A stretch of 64,000 nucleotides of DNA from an uncultured Gemmatimonadales bacterium (GTDB lineage Bacteria > Gemmatimonadota > Gemmatimonadetes > Gemmatimonadales > GWC2-71-9), in contig CAWCVB010000001.1 in assembly GCA_963798915.1 (NCBI GenBank), positions 256,001 to 320,000 on the forward strand, in the 5' to 3' direction. The notes under the pieces were generated by a model. It was given only the letters and a program-made list of their open reading frames with translations. It ran no database searches and had not been told where the DNA came from. The translations under genes were made by a program, and so were the position numbers. Shown piece after piece: positions 41,657 through 50,011 of the stretch (position 1 is the first letter of the stretch; each line of letters begins with the position of its first letter).

Positions 41657-43492
41657 ATGCTTCGTCGATTTGCCGTCCTGCTCTCTGTGTTGCTCCCGCT
41701 TCCCATCGCGCTCCTGGGTCAGCAGGACACCAGCGGATATGTCGAGACTGAGGCCATGGTCCCGATGCGAGACGGCGTGAAGCTGCATACACTGTACTAC
41801 GTCCCGAAGCAGGCGAAGGGCAAGCTGCCGATCATCCTGACGCGCACTCCCTACGGCATCGACCATCGCTTCGGCGGCAACCTGCGCAGCTACTACGCCG
41901 CTCTGGCCCGCGAGGGATACATCTTTGCCTACCAGGATATCCGGGGGCGCTACGGCAGCGAGGGAACCTTTGTCATGCAGCGTGCGCCGGCTCACCTGAA
42001 GGACAAGCACGCGGTGGATGAGAGCAGCGACGCGTGGGACACGATCGACTGGCTGGTCAAGCACGTGCCCGGCAACAGCGGCCGTGTGGGCATGCTGGGA
42101 ATCTCGTATCCGGGATGGACCACGGCGATGGCGCTGATAGACCCGCATCCCGCGTTGCGGGCCGCCTCGCCCCAGGCGTCACCGGCCGACATGTGGCTGG
42201 GAGACGACTTTCACCACCAGGGCGCCTTCCGGCTGAGCTACGGTTTCGAGTATGCCGTGCTGACTGAAGCAGCCGACACCAACAGCAATTTTTCGTTCGA
42301 CCGCTACGACACCTACGACTGGTACCTGGAACTGGGTCCGCTCTCCAACGTCAACGACAGCATCCTGCATGGCAGCCTGCCAACCTGGAACGATTACGTT
42401 GCGCACCCTGACTACGATGCTTTCTGGCAGCGACAGACCATTGCGCCCTACCTCACCACGGTCACGGTACCGACCCTGAACGTGGCCGGCTGGTGGGACC
42501 AGGAGGATTTCTACGGGCCGGTCCGGATCTATGAGGCGATGGAGCCGCACGATACCAAGCACCTGAGCCGGCTCGTGGTCGGTCCCTGGAACCATGGCGG
42601 TTGGGCTGGCGGGCCGGGACAGAAGCTTGGCAATATCGATTTCGGAAGCCCCACGGGCGAGTTCTTCCGCGACAGTGTACAGGCGCCGTTCTTCGCGTTC
42701 TACCTGAAGGACAAGGGCGAACTCAACCTGCCGGAAGCGCTGACCTGGGAATCGGGCGCGGGTCGATGGGTGCGCAACGATGCATGGCCGGCCAGGGACG
42801 GGGTGGCGCAGCGGAACCTGTACTTCCAACCTGATGGCGGGCTCTCGTTCGAGCCGCCGATGTCCTCATCCGACAGCGTGGACAGCTATCGCTCGGACCC
42901 CACCCACCCGGTGCCGTATCGTCATCGTCCGATAGAGCCGACCTACTTCCCCGGTGGCTCGGGCTGGTACACCTGGCTGCTCCAGGACCAGCGCTTTGCG
43001 GCCGCCCGGCCCGATGTCCTGACATGGGAAACCGAGCCGCTCGCCGACGACGTCATCGTGCGTGGCCGCATCGCAGCGCACCTGTTCGCCAGCACCACCG
43101 GGCAGGACGCTGACTGGGTGGTGAAGCTGATCGACGTCTACCCCGAGCGCTACGAGCCTGATCCCAAGCTGGGCGGGTACCAGCTCATGGTGGCAAACGA
43201 TGTGCTGCGGGGTCGCTATCGCGACAGCTGGGAAAAACCCACACCGATTCCATCCGACAGCGTGGTTGCATTCACGGTGGACATGCACACCCAGGATTAC
43301 CGCTTCCTGAAGGGCCATCGCATCATGGTACAGGTGCAGAGTTCCTGGTTTCCCATCATTGACCGGAATCCGCAGACCTGGGTGCCCAGCATCTTCACGG
43401 CGAGTGCCAGCGACTACAAGGCGCAGACTCACCGGGTGTATCGGTCACCAGAGTATCCGTCGCATGTGACAGTGGATGTGGCGGAGAAGTAG
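41657..43492 (+). CDS. CocE/NonD family serine hydrolase
   Basis: PMRDGVKL, RTPY, QDIRGR, GISYPG, GPWNH. Confidence 0.95.
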   Translation: MLRRFAVLLSVLLPLPIALLGQQDTSGYVETEAMVPMRDGVKLHTLYYVPKQAKGKLPIILTRTPYGIDHRFGGNLRSYYAALAREGYIFAYQDIRGRYGSEGTFVMQRAPAHLKDKHAVDESSDAWDTIDWLVKHVPGNSGRVGMLGISYPGWTTAMALIDPHPALRAASPQASPADMWLGDDFHHQGAFRLSYGFEYAVLTEAADTNSNFSFDRYDTYDWYLELGPLSNVNDSILHGSLPTWNDYVAHPDYDAFWQRQTIAPYLTTVTVPTLNVAGWWDQEDFYGPVRIYEAMEPHDTKHLSRLVVGPWNHGGWAGGPGQKLGNIDFGSPTGEFFRDSVQAPFFAFYLKDKGELNLPEALTWESGAGRWVRNDAWPARDGVAQRNLYFQPDGGLSFEPPMSSSDSVDSYRSDPTHPVPYRHRPIEPTYFPGGSGWYTWLLQDQRFAAARPDVLTWETEPLADDVIVRGRIAAHLFASTTGQDADWVVKLIDVYPERYEPDPKLGGYQLMVANDVLRGRYRDSWEKPTPIPSDSVVAFTVDMHTQDYRFLKGHRIMVQVQSSWFPIIDRNPQTWVPSIFTASASDYKAQTHRVYRSPEYPSHVTVDVAEK

Positions 43493-43882
43493 GAAGGCGG
43501 GAAGGCGGGAAGGCGGGAAGACGGGAGGACGGGAGGACGCCGAGCCACCTGACGTTCCCGCGTCTTCCACCCCACTTCCCACGGTCATCCGCCAGGCCAG
43601 CGCCAGTCCCGCCGACAGCACCATCACCATCACCATATGGTAGACGATGTCCGGCATGGTACGGGGGCCCACGCCGACGATGATGGTGAAAATCCCGACC
43701 AGCGTGCCGAGGAGAGCAAACCCTTGCGCCATGAGGGCAGCCTGGCGTGCCCGCCACCAGGTGAGTATCAGGCCCAGCAGCAGCACGATCGCGATGATGG
43801 CTTCCGCGACGCGCGCGGCGTGATGCTCATAGCCGGCAATGAATCGGCCGGAATGGATCAGCGAGGCTGCGACAAAGGTCAT
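43445..43882 (-). CDS. Hypothetical 4-TM protein; ORF reads through a repeat into the neighbouring gene
   Basis: Hydrophobic helices with His residues; the true end is probably earlier. Confidence 0.6.
   Translation of the reverse strand: MTFVAASLIHSGRFIAGYEHHAARVAEAIIAIVLLLGLILTWWRARQAALMAQGFALLGTLVGIFTIIVGVGPRTMPDIVYHMVMVMVLSAGLALAWRMTVGSGVEDAGTSGGSASSRPPVFPPSRLPAFLLLRHIHCHMRRILW
43493..43538. repeat. Octamer array GGCGGGAA/GACGGGAG
   Basis: Read directly. Confidence 0.85.
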
Positions 43883-43905
43883 GGCCTCTCTCGGCGGCTC
43901 GGCGG

Positions 43906-44430
43906 CTAGAACATACCTCGCTCCCGGAGCGCCTCGACAACCTCCGTTACAACCTGTGCCGGCGAGCGGGTGGCATCAATCGTAATTGCATCGCCTGGCT
44001 CTTCCAGATCGGCAAACTGCGATGGCGCCAGCGTCTCCGACGCGAAGTGGCCTGCACGCGCCTTCAGTCGCTCGGCCGCGACGGCTTCTGGCACCTTGAG
44101 ATAGACAAAGACGATGTTGCCGCCGGCCGTATCGGCGCGAAGTTCGCTTCGGTATGCTTCCTTGAGTGCGGAACAAGCCAGCACCATGGAGCGACCAGCG
44201 TGGACATGGCTCGCGATCGAGCGGCCCAGTCGAGCGAGCCAGGGAGCACGATCGGCATCCGTCAGCGGCTGACCTCGCGCCAGGTGCCGTCTAGCTCGAT
44301 CACTATGGTAGTCGTCGCCCTCTTCAAACGGCCAGCCGAGCTCGTCGGCAAGACGTGCACCGATGGTGGACTTGCCGGCGCCCGAGACACCCATGACAAT
44401 CACGATGGTCGCGCTGGCGGGCATTGTCAC
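43906..44430 (-). CDS. gntK: Gluconokinase
   Basis: MGVSGAGKST, EGDDYH, PLTDADRAPWL, CSALK, SQFADLE. Confidence 0.93.
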   Translation of the reverse strand: MTMPASATIVIVMGVSGAGKSTIGARLADELGWPFEEGDDYHSDRARRHLARGQPLTDADRAPWLARLGRSIASHVHAGRSMVLACSALKEAYRSELRADTAGGNIVFVYLKVPEAVAAERLKARAGHFASETLAPSQFADLEEPGDAITIDATRSPAQVVTEVVEALRERGMF

Positions 44431-44569
44431 GCGGTCACATCCTTCAGGCCGGTCGGGAAAGTCGGAGACGAGAGCAGCGCGGCTCCACCTTCCGACGCGG
44501 CTGCGGACTCACTGATTGTGGCCCGCGTTCGCGGGCCACGCAAGCGCGGACGTGGGAGAGCGCAGGAAC

Positions 44570-44604
44570 AAGAAAAGCGGGATGGCTCCATCGAGCCATC
44601 CCGC
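44570..44604 (-). terminator. Intrinsic terminator
   Basis: GCGGGATGGCTC/GAGCCATCCCGC stem followed by TTTTCTT on the minus strand. Confidence 0.8.
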
Positions 44605-44629
44605 CAGGTCCATCCGCGACTGCGCGTGG

Positions 44630-45502
44630 TCAGGAAGTCGAATAGAATCGCAGTTCGAGGACCTTCAGTCCATGGTTGTCGTAGTTCCAGAAGTAGTTCT
44701 CGAAGCAGCGATCGAAGAGATAGATGTCGTAGCTGTCGGCCGCGCCGTCGGTGCCGTTGGGGCCGGAATCGATACAGGTGGCGAGGTCGGGATCGGTCGC
44801 GTCGTTGACCGAGATGGTCATGTAGAGCAGGCTGTTGGAGACGTCAACCGCCTTGTGCGCGGTCTGCTTGCTGAGCGTGACGCCGTTGCTGCCGCACCAG
44901 ACATCATCGGTACCGTCGAAGCCGGTGCCCGTCTCATCAGCGCAAGTGGTGATGGTGGCGCTGCCACTGCCGGCCTTGGCCCTGGCCCAGATGGCGTACG
45001 CCGGGGTGCATCCGTCAGTGCTGACGTCACCGGTGCAGGGATCGGGCAGGCCGAAGAGGGCGCCGTCGCCATCGGTGCCGTTGGCGTCAATCACGCCGAA
45101 ATCGCCCACGTGCCCGTCCGCGCGCCACGCGTCGCAGCGGGGGTCGACCACGTCGTTCTCGCCGTTCGAACTGTTGCAGAGATAGATGTGGTTCTGGTCG
45201 TCGCCGCCGCCCTTGGCAAGGTGATTGTTCTTTCCGCCCGGGCTGGTGACGGTATTGTCCGAGTAGAGCTGCACAAAAATGCGGTGGCCGTTGTTGTTGT
45301 CCATCGTGGCGGACTTGTCCTTCGGCACTCCGATGATCTGCATGCTGTAGTCGAACTGGGTTTGGGGGTAGCCGTTCCCCAGAGCAAACGCGGGTCCTGC
45401 TTTCGCTGCGGTCACCGGGGCCGTGGGCGAGTCGGTACACGCGGCAACCACAAGAGTCGCGACCGCGGCCAGGCCAAGCCTGGCGAATCTGGGAGTCAGC
45501 AC
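44630..45502 (-). CDS. Uncharacterised Cys/Asp-rich lipoprotein
   Basis: GGAGGT RBS plus GTG, VAAC lipobox, 8 further Cys, DxNGTDG-type motifs. Confidence 0.8.
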   Translation of the reverse strand: MLTPRFARLGLAAVATLVVAACTDSPTAPVTAAKAGPAFALGNGYPQTQFDYSMQIIGVPKDKSATMDNNNGHRIFVQLYSDNTVTSPGGKNNHLAKGGGDDQNHIYLCNSSNGENDVVDPRCDAWRADGHVGDFGVIDANGTDGDGALFGLPDPCTGDVSTDGCTPAYAIWARAKAGSGSATITTCADETGTGFDGTDDVWCGSNGVTLSKQTAHKAVDVSNSLLYMTISVNDATDPDLATCIDSGPNGTDGAADSYDIYLFDRCFENYFWNYDNHGLKVLELRFYSTS

Positions 45503-45764
45503 TGAATACCTCCGGGACAGTTGAGCGCGCGCCGGTTGGAGATCTCCCGGCCGGGTCGGCGGCACACTCAGGGTTCGAGATCAGCAGCGGGCCTTGCGAA
45601 CGGGCCGGGAGTGATTGCTCGAACGTGGACAGCGGACCATGTGGATGCCGCGCCGATTGTGCATGGTGGGTATCGTGCGGTCACAGACTGTCGACGTGCA
45701 AGAGTTTGCAGTTTAGTTTGTTTCTACGACGTTGCCACGATACGCGCCGAGTGGAGTGGCGTCA

Positions 45765-45780
45765 AGACACAATTGTGTCT
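45765..45780. promoter_or_regulatory. Perfect 16-bp palindrome, candidate operator
   Basis: AGACACAATTGTGTCT in a long, lower-GC intergenic region. Confidence 0.5.
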
Positions 45781-46029
45781 CACGTCCTGCGCGCACGTTG
45801 CCGTCGAAGTGGCACACGGAATGCTGCAAGATTTCACCGTTTCGCACTCATGTTCTCTCAGTCAGCAACTCCGCGCACTTCCGTACGTCGGGCAGCGTAT
45901 GAGATTTCGCTTCCGCGCTGCCGGTCGCCAGCTTCAACCGACAGTAGGCCAACTCACGGTCAGCAATGGAAAGCGGATGGCAATCCTCCTCGGCGCCTGG
46001 GTGTTTGCAAGCTGACTGGATGATGACGA

Positions 46030-47313
46030 TCAGAACTTGCAACTGGTCTGCGTAATCGCCGTCCCCGCCGAGTGTCCCACCACCTGCGTTACGATGCCGT
46101 TGGTCCGGATGATGACGTGGTCGCCGTCGTCGTCATTGGCGCCGGTCCTCCCTTCGGCGGCGTCGTCCTGATCGGTGCGATAGATGCGGGTGGCAGGATC
46201 ATGCTCGCAGTAGCGCTCGAGTGTGGTGGAATCGGGCAGGAACCGGTGGTTGAAGGGGTGCCGGCCCGAGGAGACGACCACATAATGCGGATCGACGGCG
46301 TCGATGAAGGGCCGAGTGCTGGAGGTCTCGCTCCCATGATGGGCGATCTTCAGCACGGTGGATCGCAACCCATCGGCACCGAGCGAGTCGAGCAGGATCT
46401 TCTCGACATACCGGGGAATACTGTCGGCGCCGTCCCGCTCCTTGCCTTCGGCATCGCCCATGAAAAGGATGCTCTGGTTGCCATACTGGAGCCGGAACAC
46501 GATGGATGAGTTGTTCTCGCGGGTGTTGCCGCTGCCGAGGCCGGTGTTGGTCCCGGGCCAGGCATAGAGGAAATGCACCTCGAGTTCACTGCCCCAGTCC
46601 GGGGTGCCGAAGGTGGCCCGGCCAACATGCTGCACCATGGGCGCTCCATCCATCTGCTCACTGTCCGCCAACGCGCGGAATGCGTGCCAGCTGTCGAGCT
46701 GGCTCGGGTAGCCTGGATCGTAATATTCCCGGACATCGAAGCGGCGGAGCACCGCGACCGCACCCTGAAAGTGATCGGTATGCGGGTGAGTGATGATCAG
46801 CCCATCGATGACCGCACCGGGATGGGCTCGGGCCAGGATATAGTCGGCCAGAACGGTGCCGGCCGGCCCGCCATCGATCACGATGTTCTTTCCTTCGTAG
46901 CGGCCGTTGCCGGGAACATTGTCGTCAAAGGTATGAATCCAGATCCCGTCGCCCTGGCCCACGTCCACCACGTCAACCTCGAGCCAGGCATCCTCGGCGG
47001 GCACCGGCGTGGCGGCTGCTTCGGTGGTGGTCGGCTCCAGGAACTTCTTGGCCGCCCAACCGGTCCTCCCGTCCGGAATCCGGACCTCGCGCCAGAACGC
47101 CGAGGTCCCGACGGCGGTGACCACCGTGCCTGGGTCGATGCAGGCAAATGGCGTGGTGCTGGCATCGGGACCGGGCCGGATGCGAAGGCAGGGGGCCGCG
47201 CTCTGTCGTACGACGAACGTGGGAGATTCCTGCGCCTCGAGCGGGCTGAACGCGAGCAGCGCGGCGGTGAACGCTGCTGAAAGACTGGCGACGCGAACCA
47301 TCAAGGGGGACAT
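46030..47313 (-). CDS. Secreted SH3 plus ComEC/Rec2-like metallo-beta-lactamase-fold protein
   Basis: LRIRPGP...GWAAKKFL; DVGQGD, THPHTDH, NNSS, MGDAE, KIAHHGS. Confidence 0.88.
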   Translation of the reverse strand: MSPLMVRVASLSAAFTAALLAFSPLEAQESPTFVVRQSAAPCLRIRPGPDASTTPFACIDPGTVVTAVGTSAFWREVRIPDGRTGWAAKKFLEPTTTEAAATPVPAEDAWLEVDVVDVGQGDGIWIHTFDDNVPGNGRYEGKNIVIDGGPAGTVLADYILARAHPGAVIDGLIITHPHTDHFQGAVAVLRRFDVREYYDPGYPSQLDSWHAFRALADSEQMDGAPMVQHVGRATFGTPDWGSELEVHFLYAWPGTNTGLGSGNTRENNSSIVFRLQYGNQSILFMGDAEGKERDGADSIPRYVEKILLDSLGADGLRSTVLKIAHHGSETSSTRPFIDAVDPHYVVVSSGRHPFNHRFLPDSTTLERYCEHDPATRIYRTDQDDAAEGRTGANDDDGDHVIIRTNGIVTQVVGHSAGTAITQTSCKF

Positions 47314-47393
47314 GGATGGCCATTCGCTGGTAGGGGATGGTGTTCAAGGTGGAATCCGCGCCAGAAATGCGCAACGTCGGACCCGCCGGTCCC

Positions 47394-47575
47394 GAACTGC
47401 ACAACGCAGAGGCGCAGAGACGCAGAGAGAACACCGAGGGATCGCTGCACTGACCGCCTTTCCGGATCCGGAACCGGCAGCATCAACACTTGGTTGTGGG
47501 CTCGCAAGGATGGCTCGGGATTTCAGGAATGCACTGCACCCTCCGCGGCCTCGGCGCCTCCGCGTTGTGCAGCTT
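47394..47575. mobile_element. MITE-like inverted-repeat element, copy 1
   Basis: CTGCACAACGC...GCGTTGTGCAG ends; interior homologous to 49772-49959. Confidence 0.7.
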
Positions 47576-47687
47576 GGCATCAAGGCTTGGCGCGGCCTCA
47601 GCGATTCCATGCTGGCAACAAGCGCCCTGCACCGGCGGCAGCGGCGGTCTTGCTGGCGCTGCTCAATGCCGCACTCCACATTTGCTC

Positions 47688-47993
47688 CTACCGACGTCGC
47701 ACCAGATAGCCACCCTCGCTCAGGTCCTTGGCATAGTCTGCCACGAGCCCGTTCAACCGCCCAGCCAGCAATGCCCGCACCCTTGGGCCCAGCACCGGCT
47801 TGCCTGGCGATCCCCGCCCCCGGCCGGTGATGACATGAACGACGGCGCCAGGTCGCTGCCGCCGCAGGAACGCTTCCACCGCGGTCATCACCTCGCTCGC
47901 CCGGAAGCCGTGCAGGTCGAGCGTGTCCGCCGGCGTGGCATCGAGCAACGGGTCACGGAGCTCGAATCGTGGCGCAGGGCGCTTCCGAGTCAA
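47688..47993 (-). CDS. Stand-alone Smr/MutS2 domain protein
   Basis: TLDLHG, VITGRGRGS, GGYLV. Confidence 0.9.
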   Translation of the reverse strand: MTRKRPAPRFELRDPLLDATPADTLDLHGFRASEVMTAVEAFLRRQRPGAVVHVITGRGRGSPGKPVLGPRVRALLAGRLNGLVADYAKDLSEGGYLVRRR

Positions 47994-49672
47994 TGCGCGG
48001 CCTCGCCTGATGTATCACCCGCCTCCGACGCCAACGTGATGTAGAACGACGGCGCCGCCTGCAGGTCGGCGCCGGCGGGAATCGGCGTGGGCACCGACTG
48101 CCACCCTGTCGTCGGGTGCAGTCGCTGAGTGCTGCTATCCGGCCGCACGATGTCTACGGGCATGTCGAAGCCGGCCACCACGTTGCTCCAGCGGAACCGG
48201 AGGCTGTCGCCACTGATCCGGTACTCGAGCTCCGGAATCATGACCGTCTCCTGGTACTGCTCGAAGATCTTCGAGAGGTCCACAGCCGTCGTCTGGCTCA
48301 TGTAGTCGCGGACCTGTTTGGCCGTCACGGTCTGGTGCCGGAAGGTCTGGTTGAGCCCCCGCAGTGTCGCCAGCCACCTGGCGTCGTCGTTGACGACGGC
48401 GCGCATGGTCATCAGCATGTTGGCGCCCTTGGGATAGCGGTCCTGCGATGCGGGCACGTTGTTCACTCCATACGTGCCGATGATCGGCATGTCGTTCTTG
48501 ATCATGCTGCTCCGCAGCCCGACAAGGTAGCGCTCGCCCGCCGGCTTTCCCCTGGTGCACTCCAGGTACAGCGCCTCAGCGTACATCCCGAAGCTCTCAT
48601 GGATCCACATGTCGGCGTGATCGGCGGCGCTGATGTTGTTACCAAACCATTCATGGGCACTCTCGTGCACCACGATGTAGTCCCAGCTCATCCCTTCGCC
48701 GGTCTTCGACAGGTCCCGCCCGAGGTAACCGGCCAGGTACCGGTTGCCGTAGGCAATGCCGCTCTGATGCTCCATGCCGAGATAGGGCACCTCGATCAGC
48801 TTGTAGCCGTCCGTGTACCAGGGATATGGACCGAACCAGTGCTCAAAACACGTGAGCATGGTCTTGACCTGGGGGATCAGCGCCCTGGCGGATGCCTCGT
48901 GGTCCGCCAAGGCCCAGAACTCGATCGTGAGCCGGCCGTCGAGCCCCGTGTATTCATCACGAACCGGGACGTACCTGGGGCTCGCGTTCACCGCCACATC
49001 ATAGCTGTTGATCGGATTGGCCACGAACCACTCATAGGTGGTGGTGCCATCTGCGTTGTGCGTGGTGGAACGGAGCCGGCCATTGGAGATGTCCCTGAGC
49101 GGATCCGGCAGCGTGATCGCAATTCGCTGGCTGTCGGGTTCGTCGGCCGGCAGGTCCTTGAGGGGCCACCAGGTACTGGCGCCCGGACCCTCATTCGAGG
49201 TGGCAATCCACGGCGCGCCGGTGCTGTCGGTGGCCCAGTGGAAGGGACCACGTCTCCGACGGGTGGAGTCGCGCTCCGCGAAGCTGCCATGGTAATACAC
49301 CGTCACTGTCTGTCGGCTGCCGACGGGCTGCGGCGCCGTGAGCGTCACAAAGAAGGCGTTGCCATCGCGACGGAAGGTGAGCGGGCGCCCGCGCTGGAGC
49401 ATGCTGTCCACCTCCAGCGGTTCCTGCAAATCAATCTGCATCTCGGTCGCCGGCTTGACGACGCGGTAGGTGATCCCGTTCTGCCCGCGTATGCTGCTGT
49501 CGGCCGGATTCACCCGGACATGCAGGTCGTGGAAGGTGGCGTCCCACCATGCGCGCCCTGGCCCGTTGGAACCGCGGAGGGTATCAGCATGGGTGAACGT
49601 GCGCGGCGTTTGCGCCAAGGCTGGGGTCTGTGCCAGTATGGCCAGCATCGAGACCACGAGAGAGTATCGCAC
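47990..49672 (-). CDS. M1 family aminopeptidase
   Basis: GMEHQS, HESAHEWFGN, WIHESF; start uncertain (49672 or 49708). Confidence 0.93.
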   Translation of the reverse strand: MRYSLVVSMLAILAQTPALAQTPRTFTHADTLRGSNGPGRAWWDATFHDLHVRVNPADSSIRGQNGITYRVVKPATEMQIDLQEPLEVDSMLQRGRPLTFRRDGNAFFVTLTAPQPVGSRQTVTVYYHGSFAERDSTRRRRGPFHWATDSTGAPWIATSNEGPGASTWWPLKDLPADEPDSQRIAITLPDPLRDISNGRLRSTTHNADGTTTYEWFVANPINSYDVAVNASPRYVPVRDEYTGLDGRLTIEFWALADHEASARALIPQVKTMLTCFEHWFGPYPWYTDGYKLIEVPYLGMEHQSGIAYGNRYLAGYLGRDLSKTGEGMSWDYIVVHESAHEWFGNNISAADHADMWIHESFGMYAEALYLECTRGKPAGERYLVGLRSSMIKNDMPIIGTYGVNNVPASQDRYPKGANMLMTMRAVVNDDARWLATLRGLNQTFRHQTVTAKQVRDYMSQTTAVDLSKIFEQYQETVMIPELEYRISGDSLRFRWSNVVAGFDMPVDIVRPDSSTQRLHPTTGWQSVPTPIPAGADLQAAPSFYITLASEAGDTSGEAAH

Positions 49673-49771
49673 TGGCCCATCCGTAGAGGTGAAGGTTTCG
49701 AGGTGCATGTGGAAAGTTAGCAGGGGTGACCTGCGGCTGCCCGTCTATCGGAGCCGTTTGCGGCACTCCGC

Positions 49772-49959
49772 AACTGCACAACGCGGAGACGCGGAGACGC
49801 AGAGATGAGGCAGAGGGATCGCGGCAATCGCGGCCTTTCCGGATCCAGGACCGGCATCATGAACAATTGTTTGTGGGTTCGCAGAGTGGCTCCGCACTTC
49901 AAGGGCCGATGGAACTCTCCGCGTGCTCTGCGCCTCCGCGCCTCTGCGTTGTGCAGTTC
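49772..49959. mobile_element. MITE-like inverted-repeat element, copy 2
   Basis: AACTGCACAACGC...GCGTTGTGCAGTT. Confidence 0.72.
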
Positions 49960-50011
49960 ACCAGCTCGTCGCACGGTTTTGTCTGAACCGCTTCAGCACC
50001 TACCTTCCACC

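Noticed and set aside
45503..45620. Known riboswitch upstream of the lipoprotein gene
   Set aside because: A stem is present, but no conserved core of a c-di-GMP, TPP, cobalamin or SAM class was recognisable by eye
46030..47993. Anti-phage defence system (MBL nuclease plus Smr)
   Set aside because: The MBL protein has a signal peptide, Smr is coupled to a peptidase gene, and no ATPase or other defence partner is present
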